Assembly: GCA_963701575.1 (NCBI GenBank)
Contig: CAVPAQ010000009.1
Span: forward strand, 14,607-78,606
Reading direction: 5' to 3'
Length of the DNA stretch: 64,000 nt
Source of the DNA: an uncultured Acidimicrobiaceae bacterium
Lineage (GTDB): Bacteria; Actinomycetota; Acidimicrobiia; Acidimicrobiales; Ilumatobacteraceae
The notes below the pieces were generated by a model. The model searched no databases, was not told the DNA's origin, and was given only the letters and a program-made list of their open reading frames with translations. Position 1 is the stretch's first letter. Every line of letters starts with the position of its first letter. Both the position numbers and the translations under genes were made by a program. Positions 48,466-60,244 of the stretch are shown here, in pieces.

Positions 48466-49416
48466 GTGGCCGTGACCCGGTCGCCGAGGGTGCCGCAGAC
48501 GGCGGCTGCGATCGGATCCGTGATGGCGTTGTCGGCAGGAGCGGTCTGGAGCTTCGGGGCGATCACGGCACGGCTCGCCGATGGCAGTGACACGTTCCAG
48601 TACCTGGCCTGGCGGTCGCTCGGGATCATCGCCGTCATCGAGATCTGGCACCTGCTGAGGCGACGGCCCAGCCAGACGGTCGCTGCGTACACGTCGGGCC
48701 GTCGGATGCTGCTGGCGAACCTGGCGTTACTGGTCGCCTCGATCGGCTTCGTCTACGCCGTGAAGACCACCTCGGCCGCCAACGCTGCGTTCCTCGGCGC
48801 CACCACCCCCCTGTTCGGGGTCGCCTCGGCCCGGGCATTCCTCGGCGAACGCCTCAACTGGCGAACGATCGCGGCGATTGCGGTGGCGTTCGCCGGATTG
48901 GCGATCATGCTGGCAGGCGACCTCGAGGCCGGCGGCGTGATCGGTGACCTGGCGGCGGTCTCCGCTGCGATCGGGTTCGCGCTGTACACGACGATCGTGA
49001 AGTCGGCCCCCGACCGCGACTGGTCGCCGGTGCTGCCCGGCTACGGCGTCGTGATGGTCGCGATCTGCGTCGTCGTCACCCTGGCCAAGGGCAACACCCT
49101 GGTGCCGCCCGCACTCGACATCGGGCTGGCACTGGCGCACGGTGGTCTGTTCGTCGTCGCCGGCACACTGCTCTACAACGGAGCGTCGCGCAAGGTCCCT
49201 GCGGCAACCATGACGGTGTTCGCTCAGACCGAGATGGTGCTGGTGCCGGTGTGGGGCTTCCTGGTGCTCGCCGAGCGCCCCGCGCCGGCGACGCTGATCG
49301 GTGGCACGATCATCCTGGCGGCTGTCGTCGGCAAAGCGGTACTCGACGTCAGGCACGAAGCGCGGCGGATGCTCGGTGAGCCACCGGTGGACACCCAGCT
49401 CGTTCCCGCCGCCTGA
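48466..49416 (+). CDS. DMT/EamA-family transporter
   Basis: About 10 TM helices; FLGERL and VLAERP motifs. Confidence 0.85.
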   Translation: MAVTRSPRVPQTAAAIGSVMALSAGAVWSFGAITARLADGSDTFQYLAWRSLGIIAVIEIWHLLRRRPSQTVAAYTSGRRMLLANLALLVASIGFVYAVKTTSAANAAFLGATTPLFGVASARAFLGERLNWRTIAAIAVAFAGLAIMLAGDLEAGGVIGDLAAVSAAIGFALYTTIVKSAPDRDWSPVLPGYGVVMVAICVVVTLAKGNTLVPPALDIGLALAHGGLFVVAGTLLYNGASRKVPAATMTVFAQTEMVLVPVWGFLVLAERPAPATLIGGTIILAAVVGKAVLDVRHEARRMLGEPPVDTQLVPAA

Positions 49417-49510
49417 CCCCGAGCCTCGACCGAGTCGGATGGCGCTCGACTTCTGTCGTCGATGAGCGCTCAATTGAGGTGGAACTCTCTCGAGGGGAGG
49501 GGCCGTGCGC

Positions 49511-51379
49511 ATGCGATGCGGTCTTCGGGTGTTCGTTCTCGTCGCGATCGTGCTGGCGGCGGGGTCCGGCGCGCAGGTCGAGGTGCACGCCGCCGACAGA
49601 GCCATCGCCGGGCACCCTGCGGCCGCCGACCGATGCACCGAACCCGCCGACCCCATCGAGTTGACGTCGGTCGATCAGGTTCGTTCGCTGCTGGTCGGCA
49701 CGTGGATCCGGTGTGCCGGACCAGCGTTCCCCGGAGCGCTCGTCGACGACGTCGGGATCGAGGTCCTACCGGACGGCCGGTTCTACCGGGTGTATGAACT
49801 GGCGGATGGTTCGCTGGCACGCGCGACCGGCCCCGAACAGGAAGGCGAGGTCGGGATCAGGCCGGACACCTATCACCTCGATTGGAACTTCCGGGTTGAC
49901 GGCTACGCCGAGACGACACCGGCATGGTTCGGTTCCCCGCCGACGATGCGGCTCGTGATGGGCGACTTCGTGACGTACTACCACCGCTGGAACGGGGTTG
50001 CGCCACGACTGGGCGAGCCGCCCGTGACGGTCGGTGACTGCCCGCCGTTGGGCGAGTTGGGAGGTGACACGACGCTGGTCGGTACGTGGATCCGGTGTGC
50101 GGGCGAACCGTTCGCAGGTGCGCTCGTCGACGACGTCGGGATCGAAGTCACCGCGGACGGGCACTTCTATCGGGTCTTCGAGCTGCCCGATGGCTCGCTG
50201 GCACGGGCAACAGGTGCGAACCAGGAGGGCACCTATGACTGGGTCGGCCAGCTCAACTGGCACCTGCTCGGCAGCGGATACATTCTGACCAACCCCGAGT
50301 TCTTCTCGAATCCGGCGATGATGCGACTCGATTCTGGCGACGAGCCGATGTACCTCGTGCGTTGGGACGGCGCCCCACCGGCGACCGATCAGCCCGCCGC
50401 CGGTACCGGTGCCTGTGGCGCCCTGGCCGATCCGATCGAGCCGACGTCGATCGAACACGTCGAAGAACTGGTGACGGGTGTGTGGATCCGTTGCGCCGGC
50501 GTGTCCTTCCTGGGTATGGAAGCCGGAGAGGTCGGTATCGAGATCGCATCCGACGGGCGTTGGTTCCTGCTGTACGAGGCCGCTGACGGATCCCTCATCC
50601 GAACCGAAGGCGTCGACCATGAGGGAATGTGGTCGGTGCAGGGGTACCCGGGCAACTACGAGTTCGACGTGGGTGTGCTCGGACGCGGAGGCGAAGGGTC
50701 ACACCCGGTGTTCTTCGCGTCGCCCTCGCGATCGATGCGCCTGTTGACCATGATCGGCGACGCCGACTACCAGATCTGGCCCGGCGACCCGCCCGTGACC
50801 GGAGCACCCCCGGGGCGAGGATCGGACTGCGGTGTCATCACCGACCAGGTCACACCGACATCGGCCGAGCAAGCCGTCGGGCTCCTGGTCGGCAGCTGGA
50901 CGCTCTGCGGAGGGTTCCCTCCCGGCGAGCCGGCCACTTGGACGTCGATGCTCGGGCCACGCATCGAGGGGGAGGTCGGGCTCGAGATGACTGCCGACGG
51001 TGGGTACTACCGGCTCGTCCGCCAGCCCGGCGGTGCGGTCGCTCGCGCCCAGGGAACGGGCATGGAAGGTCGTTGGACGGCCTGGCTCAACGATCTCGGC
51101 ACGATCCAGGTCGACATCGAGATACTCGGCGTCGGTACCGGAGGCTTCATGCCGAAGTTCTTCGGATCGCCGACGGCAATCCGCATCGATGGTGGCCAGT
51201 CGGTCGCCGACTATGTGCGGACTGCGCCCTCGACACCGCCGTCGATACCGCGGACAGGCGCCGACACGACCACGACGATGCTCACGTGGGCGATCATGAT
51301 TCTGCTCAGCGGGGCCGCTCTGGTGTCCGTGGCGAGCCGGAACCGCCGCGAACGACGGGCCCAGAACCCGACGATCTGA
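49511..51379 (+). CDS. Secreted, sortase-anchored protein with four tandem ~130-aa repeats
   Basis: Signal peptide; four copies of C..LVG(T/V/S)W.(R/L)C.G..VG(I/L)E...DG; C-terminal IPRTG + hydrophobic helix + RNRRERR. Confidence 0.8.
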   Translation: MRCGLRVFVLVAIVLAAGSGAQVEVHAADRAIAGHPAAADRCTEPADPIELTSVDQVRSLLVGTWIRCAGPAFPGALVDDVGIEVLPDGRFYRVYELADGSLARATGPEQEGEVGIRPDTYHLDWNFRVDGYAETTPAWFGSPPTMRLVMGDFVTYYHRWNGVAPRLGEPPVTVGDCPPLGELGGDTTLVGTWIRCAGEPFAGALVDDVGIEVTADGHFYRVFELPDGSLARATGANQEGTYDWVGQLNWHLLGSGYILTNPEFFSNPAMMRLDSGDEPMYLVRWDGAPPATDQPAAGTGACGALADPIEPTSIEHVEELVTGVWIRCAGVSFLGMEAGEVGIEIASDGRWFLLYEAADGSLIRTEGVDHEGMWSVQGYPGNYEFDVGVLGRGGEGSHPVFFASPSRSMRLLTMIGDADYQIWPGDPPVTGAPPGRGSDCGVITDQVTPTSAEQAVGLLVGSWTLCGGFPPGEPATWTSMLGPRIEGEVGLEMTADGGYYRLVRQPGGAVARAQGTGMEGRWTAWLNDLGTIQVDIEILGVGTGGFMPKFFGSPTAIRIDGGQSVADYVRTAPSTPPSIPRTGADTTTTMLTWAIMILLSGAALVSVASRNRRERRAQNPTI

Positions 51380-51422
51380 GACCGGCTCCATCCCCGAGCA
51401 GCAGCATGGGTAAGGTTCTCGT

Positions 51423-54314
51423 GTGCACGTACGGCTGTTGGGCCCCGTCGACGTCGTGGCCGACGGCACCAGCGTCGACATCCCCGTGCAGAAGCATCGT
51501 GCAGTGCTGTCGGCGCTGGCGCTCCACAGTCCCGGAGCCGTCACCACCTCGGAGCTGATCGATGCGGTCTGGGGCGATGATCCGCCGACCAGCGCGGACA
51601 AGACCCTGCAGGGATACGTGTCGGCGATCAGGAAGTCGTTCGGTAACGAGGTCATTCGCACGATTCCGGACGGATACCAGCTGGGGCCCGACGTCGAGCA
51701 GGTCGATGCCGTCGAGCTCGACGCGCTCGTCGCCGCTGCCCAGCGTGACCTCGAGCTCGGCAATCCGGGAGCCGCACGGCGCTCGTTCACGTCGGCTCTC
51801 GCACTGTGGCGTGGTCAACCACTCGGCGATCTGGCACCAGGGTCCGGCCACGATGGGCAGCTCGCCCGACTCGAGGAGCTGCAGCTCCTCGCCGCCGAGG
51901 GGCTCGTCGTCGCAGAGCTCCAATTGGGCCATCACCGCGAGGTCGTGCCCGACCTCGAACGATTGGTCGCCGAACACCCGTTTCGGGAGCTGCTCTGGCA
52001 ATCCTTGATGCTGGCGTTGTACCGATCGGGACGCGCCGCCGAGGCCCTCGAGGCCTACCAACGACTGCGCACCACGCTTCGGGATGAACTCGGCATCGAG
52101 CCATCGGAAGCGACCCGCGCGCTCGAACTGCAGATCCTCGCTCAGGATCGCCAACTCGATCTGCCTGCGCCGACCCCACCCAACAATCTCAGGTTGCAGC
52201 TCGACAGCTTCATCGATCGCGCCGACGAACGAGACGAGATCCTCGCTCTCATCGGCGAGCAGCGCCTCGTGACGCTGCTCGGGGTCGGCGGGGTGGGCAA
52301 GAGCCGCCTTGCGCGGGAGATCGGTTCGGCGCTGCTGGCGCAGACGCCGGGAGGTGTCTGGTGGATCGACCTCGCCACCGTGGGCGCGGCCGGATCGGTG
52401 TCGGGCCAGGTCATCGCAGCGATGGATCTGTCGACGCCGACCACGAGCAGCCCCGAAATGGTGCTCCAGACGCGCCTGCGCGCGAGCCCGACCGTTCTGC
52501 TGCTCGACAATTGCGAGCACGTGCACGAGGCGGTGGCATCGTTCGTCGAGTGGGTCACGTCAGGGGCCGAGAGCGTCCGCGTGTTGGCCACGAGTCGCGT
52601 GCCCCTCGACGTCGTCGGCGAGCAACGCGTGGTGATCGAGCCACTCGACGTCTCTGCCACCGGCGATCAGTCCATCTCGGACGCCAGTCGTCTCTTCCTC
52701 GATCGCGCTTCGGAGCGCACCGATATGGGCGCTGTCGGGATCGCCGAGGTCGAGGCGATCACCGATCTCGTGGGAGGACTGCCACTGGGCATCGAACTGG
52801 CCGCCGCTCAGTGTGCGGTCAAGACGCCACTCGAACTGTCCGAGACGCTGCGCGATGGCGATGCACTGCTGTCGCTGTCGGGCAGCGATCGCGGCGATCC
52901 CCGCCACGCAAGCCTGGGCCATGTGCTGCGCACCAGCGTGGACGCGCTCGAGCCGTGCCTTGCCGCGACGTTGCCCCGGCTCGCCGTCTGCCCCGGCGAT
53001 TTCGATGTCACGACCGCGAGTGCCGTGATGGCGATGCCGCCCCTCGACACCGAGCGAGCGATGTCGTCGTTGCTCGATGCCTCGCTCCTGGTACATGCAC
53101 CGTCCGATTCTCGCCGGCGTCGCTTCCGGATTCTGCGGCCCGTTCACGAGTATTTGTGGGGAAGGCTGGATGAACGAGATCGCACCCGAGCCGAGGCCGC
53201 CCTCGCCCGACACTTCCAGCGACTCGCACTGCAGCGGATCGGCGATGCGGACACACCGGCAGATTCGGTCTCGCTCGAGGAATTACGACTCGACGACCAC
53301 AACCTGCGCGCTGCGCTGGCCTGGTTCGAACTCCACGAACCCGACGGCGCGCTGGCGTTCGCGCCGGCGCTCGGGGATGCCTGGATGAATTTCGGCGACC
53401 AGATCGAAGGCCGCGAGACCCTGCGGCGTCTGCTGAGCACGTCATCGGGAGCTCCCAGTCACCTCGTGGCGTGGACGGAGGACGCCCTCGTCTGGCTCGA
53501 ACTGTTGTCGGGCGATGTCGACGCCGCGTTGCAGCACAATCTCGATTCGATCTCTCGATTCGACCAGCTCGGCGACGCCCGTGGTCGCAGCCGGGCGCTG
53601 CGGAGCCAGGCCCATGCTTTCTACCTCGCCGGATTCGACGAGGCGACCACCACCCCCATCTATCAGCAGTCGATCGCGGTCGCCCGAGCCGCCGGCCTGA
53701 CCTATTCACAGGTACTCGCCGAGGTCGGCTTCGCCCAGGCGCTGACGTGTTACGAGGCGCTCCACGTCGTCGACATCGATGCGATGCTGTCGCACGCCGA
53801 ATCGGTCCTGCGGCCATACGGCGCTCATGCCAATCTGGCGCAGGCAGCGCTCAGCCGTGCGTTCCTCGCGTTCGGTCGGGACGATCGGGCGATCGGACTT
53901 TCGGCCGGGAAGGAGATGCTCCGCCAGAGCCGACTCGCCGGCAACGTGGTCTGGGAACAGGTTGCTCTGATCGTCCTGGGCGTCAACGGCTATCTCACAG
54001 CTGACGACCCGGCACGTCGACAGCATCTCGGCGCCGCCGTTCATCTGGCGGTCGACACCGACAACACGCGCCAGCTCGGCATCGTCCTGCATGCGGTGGC
54101 GGCCACTTCAGCGGCGCGAGAGCCTGTTGCCGCTGCCCGCCTCTGGGGCGCCGCCGGCACGCTCACACCGCTGTGGCCACTGTTCTCCCGACGCTACGGG
54201 GAATGGATGCAGGCCGCCCGCCACGCCCTGGGCGACCGGTTCGACGCCCTCGTTGCCGAAGGAGCACGACTGTCGGTCGGAGACGCCGTAGCGCTCGCCG
54301 ACGAACTCCTCTGA
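51423..54314 (+). CDS. SARP/AfsR-like regulator (wHTH-BTAD-ATPase-TPR)
   Basis: LLGPV, ALWRG, HPFRE...LALYRSGR, GVGGVGKS Walker A, LLLDNCEH, GLPLGIELAA. Confidence 0.92.
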   Translation: MHVRLLGPVDVVADGTSVDIPVQKHRAVLSALALHSPGAVTTSELIDAVWGDDPPTSADKTLQGYVSAIRKSFGNEVIRTIPDGYQLGPDVEQVDAVELDALVAAAQRDLELGNPGAARRSFTSALALWRGQPLGDLAPGSGHDGQLARLEELQLLAAEGLVVAELQLGHHREVVPDLERLVAEHPFRELLWQSLMLALYRSGRAAEALEAYQRLRTTLRDELGIEPSEATRALELQILAQDRQLDLPAPTPPNNLRLQLDSFIDRADERDEILALIGEQRLVTLLGVGGVGKSRLAREIGSALLAQTPGGVWWIDLATVGAAGSVSGQVIAAMDLSTPTTSSPEMVLQTRLRASPTVLLLDNCEHVHEAVASFVEWVTSGAESVRVLATSRVPLDVVGEQRVVIEPLDVSATGDQSISDASRLFLDRASERTDMGAVGIAEVEAITDLVGGLPLGIELAAAQCAVKTPLELSETLRDGDALLSLSGSDRGDPRHASLGHVLRTSVDALEPCLAATLPRLAVCPGDFDVTTASAVMAMPPLDTERAMSSLLDASLLVHAPSDSRRRRFRILRPVHEYLWGRLDERDRTRAEAALARHFQRLALQRIGDADTPADSVSLEELRLDDHNLRAALAWFELHEPDGALAFAPALGDAWMNFGDQIEGRETLRRLLSTSSGAPSHLVAWTEDALVWLELLSGDVDAALQHNLDSISRFDQLGDARGRSRALRSQAHAFYLAGFDEATTTPIYQQSIAVARAAGLTYSQVLAEVGFAQALTCYEALHVVDIDAMLSHAESVLRPYGAHANLAQAALSRAFLAFGRDDRAIGLSAGKEMLRQSRLAGNVVWEQVALIVLGVNGYLTADDPARRQHLGAAVHLAVDTDNTRQLGIVLHAVAATSAAREPVAAARLWGAAGTLTPLWPLFSRRYGEWMQAARHALGDRFDALVAEGARLSVGDAVALADELL

Positions 54315-54342
54315 GCACCGGTTCCGCAGCCGGCGACCGGGC

Positions 54343-54384
54343 CCTCCACCGTTGCGCGACCGTCCCTCTACCGTGCCTCCACCG
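54343..54384 (+). promoter_or_regulatory. Four direct repeats at 11-bp phase (candidate SARP binding site)
   Basis: cctccACCG, gcgcgACCG, cctctACCG, cctccACCG ending at 54351, 54362, 54373, 54384. Confidence 0.65.
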
Positions 54385-54421
54385 CTGCGGCGGACACTCC
54401 AAGCAGGGAGGGAGGTCGGCG

Positions 54422-55896
54422 GTGGGCACCACCACGGCGACGCTGATTCGCAGGACGTTCGGAGTCTTCGCGGTGACGTCACTGCTGTTCGCCGCATGCG
54501 GCATCGAGGCCGACACCACCCAGGTGATGGCGCCTTTCCGACGTCGGCGGCCGCCGACGCGGCCGGCCGGCGCCTGACGACCGAAACGGTGATCGCGGCC
54601 AGCGACGCCACCATCGGTCGCACCACTGCCCCGCCCGCCGAGGCTGCGGAGGGCATCTTCGCCCCTGCTGCGGCGATCGTCACGGCCGCCGTGACTCCGC
54701 AGGGCGAGGCCACACCCGGTGCCGCGATTCCGTCGAATCCACTCGTTGCCTCGGTGCCAACGTCCGCGACCCCGACTCGCGGCCCGTCGACCCAGGTCAC
54801 CGAGACCCTCGCATCGCCCACCGAGACGACCTTCGTACGGATCACTGCGATGAACCCCGCCGAGCAGTTGGCCGAGCCGGTGTGTGCGGCGGGCACGACC
54901 GCCGCCGACCTGACGGCGTTCTTCGACGGCGGCAGCCCGATGATCGGCGCCGACTATCAACGCGCCTATCCGCTCCCCGACGGGCGCGTGCTCTGGCTGT
55001 TCCAGGACGCCTTCCTCCCGACCTCGAACGGTTCCCAACTCGTGCACAACGTCGGCCTCCTGCAGAGTGGGCGGTGCTTCCAGTTGCTCCGCAACGGATC
55101 GGCCGACGTCCCGACGTCGTACCTGCTCCCCGAGTTGACCGACCGCTATCATCGCTGGTTCTGGCCACTCGGCGGCGATGTCGGCACCGATGGCAACCTG
55201 CACGTGTTCGTCGCCGAGATGCGCGAGCGCGGGCCCCGCTACCTGACCCGCACCGAACCGATCGCCACCTGGATCGTGACGATCGATGCCGACAGCTTCG
55301 ACGTGCTCGCAGCCGGCCTCGCCCGCAACCCCTCCGCCGAGCTGTACGGCTGGTCGGTGGTGTCACAGGGCGAGCACAGCTACCTGTACGCCCACTGCTA
55401 CCGCCAGTTCGGCTGGGACCTGTTCCCGTTCAGCGACCCGCCGTTCCGGGCGCACGACTGGGAATGCGGCCCATACGTCACCGTCGCACGGGTGCCCCGT
55501 GGCGAGTTCGATGCTGGGCCCGAGTACTGGAACGGTTCGGCATGGGTGATCGACCCCGCCGAGACGGTGCCGGTGATCCCGACCGACGAGCGCCCCGTCA
55601 ACCCCACCCAGGTGGCGCTGCTGGACGGGCGGTTCGTGGCCGTCACCAAGGTCGGCGACTGGTGGGGCGACACGATCTTCCTCGACGTCGCACCGGCGGC
55701 CGAGGGGCCGTGGCACACCTACGACACGATCACGGTCGAACCCGAGTGTGCCGGCTGCAACACCTACTTCGCCTCGGTCGTGCCGTACCGGGCCGACCAG
55801 ACCTCGATCATGATCGGACTGTCGGGCAATGTGTGGACCGGCGACGACCTCGATCACTACACGCCGACCTTCTTCCGGGTGCCGGCGCCGGCGTGA
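54422..55896 (+). pseudogene. Lipoprotein gene (putative beta-propeller) interrupted by a -1 frameshift near 54500-54575
   Basis: GGAGG plus GTG 54422 gives a signal peptide with SLLFAAC lipobox that stops at 54577; the body (LPDGRVLWLFQD, WFWP, YLYAH) is in the -1 frame. Confidence 0.65.
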
Positions 55897-55905
55897 TCCG
55901 TCGGG

Positions 55906-56676
55906 TCAGACGAATCGGAGCTCGACGCTACCGATCGCTTCGAAGTCGGCACGTAGCGAGTCGCCGGCCTGGGCTTCGAACACGTCGGTCGTGACTCCCG
56001 TCGTCACGAGGTCGCCCCCTCGCAACGACAGGCCGAACCTCGGGAGTTCGTCGGCCAGCCAGGCCATGACGGTGAGCGGATGCCCGAGCACCGCGGCCCC
56101 CGATCCAGACGTGACGAGATCGCCATTGCGCCGCACTGCGACTCCAGCCGCCTCCAGATCGCGGTGCCGCCAGTCGGTCACCGGGTCGCCGTGCACCCAC
56201 CAGCCGTGGATCGCGTTGTCGGCCGCGACCTGGAGCGCTCCGAGTGTCCACGACTCGTACCGGTAATCGACGATCTCGATCGCCGGGATTACCGCGTCGA
56301 TGCGCTCGGCGATCGACTCGTGGGTGTGCCCGCCGTCGATCGGCTCGACGTCGGAACCGAGGCGGAACGCGAACTCGGCCTCGACCACGCGATGCACGAA
56401 CTGCGACGCGTCGAGGGTTGCGCCGGACGTCGATGACGTGTGCGCCAGCAGCCGACCGAACAGCGGGCGGTCGATCCGCAGCGCCTGCTGTGCAATCGGG
56501 CTCGTGCAGGCGCACTTGTAGCCGATCCTCTCGCCACCGAGCCCGTCCACGACCGCCGCCTGGATCGCGTAGGCGGTGGCGAGATCGGTCGGGCGGAGAG
56601 TGGCGGGAAGATCCGGCTCGATCCGTCCCGTGCGCCGCATGTCGAGCAGTTCGGCGGCGGCGGCATCGATATCCAT
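55906..56676 (-). CDS. 2-keto-4-pentenoate hydratase / FAH-family protein
   Basis: GYKCACT, VEAEFAF, PAIEIVD, ADN, GHPL..MAWLA, VTTG. Confidence 0.88.
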   Translation of the reverse strand: MDIDAAAAELLDMRRTGRIEPDLPATLRPTDLATAYAIQAAVVDGLGGERIGYKCACTSPIAQQALRIDRPLFGRLLAHTSSTSGATLDASQFVHRVVEAEFAFRLGSDVEPIDGGHTHESIAERIDAVIPAIEIVDYRYESWTLGALQVAADNAIHGWWVHGDPVTDWRHRDLEAAGVAVRRNGDLVTSGSGAAVLGHPLTVMAWLADELPRFGLSLRGGDLVTTGVTTDVFEAQAGDSLRADFEAIGSVELRFV

Positions 56677-56735
56677 CCGCTGCACTCTATTATCCGGTCG
56701 GATTGGCCGCACTTGTCCTGGTCAAGAGGTGCGGA

Positions 56736-56751
56736 TCGAACACATGTTCGA
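56736..56751. promoter_or_regulatory. LexA (SOS) box
   Basis: TCGAAC-ACAT-GTTCGA, a perfect match to the actinobacterial consensus TCGAAC-N4-GTTCGA, 12 nt before the DUF222 start. Confidence 0.85.
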
Positions 56752-56763
56752 TGTCATGATGAC

Positions 56764-58182
56764 ATGTTCGAAGCAATGATCGAGGGGTTGGTCGCGATGA
56801 CCGACAGCGAGCTCGACGGCGAGCTACGGGCATCCGAGTTGGTGCGCCGCGAACACGCCGCCCGACAGGCGGCCCTCGTGGCTGTCGCCGAACATCGTGG
56901 GATCTATCGGGCCGAGGGGCACCGCTCGATGACGGCACATCTGCGGGCATCCTGCAACGCCTCGGGCGCCCAAATCGCCCTCGACCGCAAGCTCGCTCGG
57001 CTGCTCGATGCTCAGCCCACCGTCGGCGACGCCCTGCTTGCCGGCCGGATCGGTATCGGCCACGCCGCGGAGATCGCTCGTATCCTCACCAATCCGCGGA
57101 TCTCGCATCTGCTGCCACTCGTCGTCGCCGTGTTCGTCGAGCAGGCCGAGCACCGTTCGTACGACGACTTCCGCGGCGACATCGACCAGTTCGTCACGCT
57201 CACCGACCAGGACGGCGCCTTCTCCGAACTCGCCGACAGCGTCGAGCACCGCACGGCCGGCGTCAACGACATCGGTGGCGTGATCGACATCGTCGCCGGC
57301 GGCGGCGATCCTGTGACGGCGATCCAGATGGTGGCGGTGTTCGACTCGTTCGTCGAAGGCGAGTACCAGGCCGATGTCGACGCCCGAAGCGAGACATACG
57401 GCGACGATGCCGACCAGCATCCCCTCCCCCGTACCCCGGCTCAGCGCCGGTTCGACGCCCTGAAGTCGATCTTCGCCGCCGCAGCCGCCTCACCCGTGGG
57501 GCGCGCCCTGCCCGAACCGACCACCCACATCGTGATCGATCACCGCTCGCTGCACGAGACGTTCACCCAAGCGGGCATCACACTCCCGAACGGCAACGTG
57601 GCCGACATCGATGAGGTCATCGCCGACCCGACGATGGTGGCGACGTTGGCCGACGAATTGCCGGCCGACCCCGAGGCATTCCGGTCACGCCGCTGCGAAA
57701 CGTCGACCGGCGCTGCGATCCACCCGATCATCGCCCTGCGGGCCGCGCTGACCGGACACATCCGTCGTGTCGTCGTCGATGCCGACGGCGTCGTGATCGA
57801 CTACGGCACCAAGCAACGCCTGTTCACCGGTCATGCGCGAGCGGCGGCGATGCTGCTGGCGACCACGTGCACTCACCCTGGTTGCCGTCTGACCGCCAGG
57901 CTGTGCGAGGTCGACCACGTCGCCGAGTGGAACGAAGGCGGTCGCACCGATCAACGCAACGGTGCGATCAAGTGCGGCGGTCACAACCGGTTCAAACACC
58001 GAGCACGCTGGAAGACGCGCCGCGACCAGCACGGAAGTATCTACAACATCCGCGCCGACGGCACGATCGTGCTCCCGGTCGGCGAACGCGCCCCCGACCT
58101 CAGCGCCGACGAGCTCGCCGAGATGACCCGAGCCCGCCTCACATCGCTGGGCCGTGGCGCAGGTCAGCTCACCCAGACCTGA
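56764..58182 (+). CDS. DUF222 HNH endonuclease, copy 2
   Basis: [22 protein letters not shown]...[20 protein letters not shown]. Confidence 0.88.
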   Translation: MFEAMIEGLVAMTDSELDGELRASELVRREHAARQAALVAVAEHRGIYRAEGHRSMTAHLRASCNASGAQIALDRKLARLLDAQPTVGDALLAGRIGIGHAAEIARILTNPRISHLLPLVVAVFVEQAEHRSYDDFRGDIDQFVTLTDQDGAFSELADSVEHRTAGVNDIGGVIDIVAGGGDPVTAIQMVAVFDSFVEGEYQADVDARSETYGDDADQHPLPRTPAQRRFDALKSIFAAAAASPVGRALPEPTTHIVIDHRSLHETFTQAGITLPNGNVADIDEVIADPTMVATLADELPADPEAFRSRRCETSTGAAIHPIIALRAALTGHIRRVVVDADGVVIDYGTKQRLFTGHARAAAMLLATTCTHPGCRLTARLCEVDHVAEWNEGGRTDQRNGAIKCGGHNRFKHRARWKTRRDQHGSIYNIRADGTIVLPVGERAPDLSADELAEMTRARLTSLGRGAGQLTQT

Positions 58183-58421
58183 GGAGGGCTGGTCACCCCG
58201 GCTGCCTGCATCTTCGCGGCCCTGTCGGGGTCGCTCATCATCGGCTCCACGATCGAGGGGTCGGCTTCCATGACCATCCAGATCGAGTCGGGGTTGTCGG
58301 CATCACGGAGCACCGCGACATCTCTGGCGCCGGCTGCTTCGCGACCAGGCTTGTCGGCGTCGAAGATCGGACGCCACGCTTCGTAGTCGGCAACCTCGTG
58401 TTGGATGAAGATGTGGGCCAT
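58164..58421 (-). CDS. Small hypothetical protein, probable dimeric alpha-beta barrel
   Basis: [21 protein letters not shown]...MQAAGV..PP; real 3' part of the long shadow ORF 58164..59930. Confidence 0.75.
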   Translation of the reverse strand: MAHIFIQHEVADYEAWRPIFDADKPGREAAGARDVAVLRDADNPDSIWMVMEADPSIVEPMMSDPDRAAKMQAAGVTSPPQVWVS

Positions 58422-58559
58422 GTGAGCCCCCAGGCAGTTCGAGTCGTCGGACGCCCGACCGTAGCACCCCACCTGGAGCCACTCGACCGGCCACACCCGC
58501 AACAGCGACCCGGTGGCCCGGACGCCTGCCTGAGCTACGCAGATAGCCTCCGAGCCACC

Positions 58560-60233
<1,674 letters not shown>

Positions 60234-60244
60234 GTCTCACGGCG

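Noticed and set aside
49417-49510. TCGA repeats as a second SARP site upstream of the sortase-anchored gene
   Set aside because: Irregular spacing; TCGA is very common in this genome.
54352-54421. TTG 54352 start for the 514-aa ORF
   Set aside because: No SD, lies inside the phased repeats and lacks the signal peptide found in the other frame.
58431-58532. Possible structured RNA between the small gene and ettA (CAGGCAG...CTGCCTG)
   Set aside because: A 7-bp GC-rich complement is expected by chance; no known riboswitch features.
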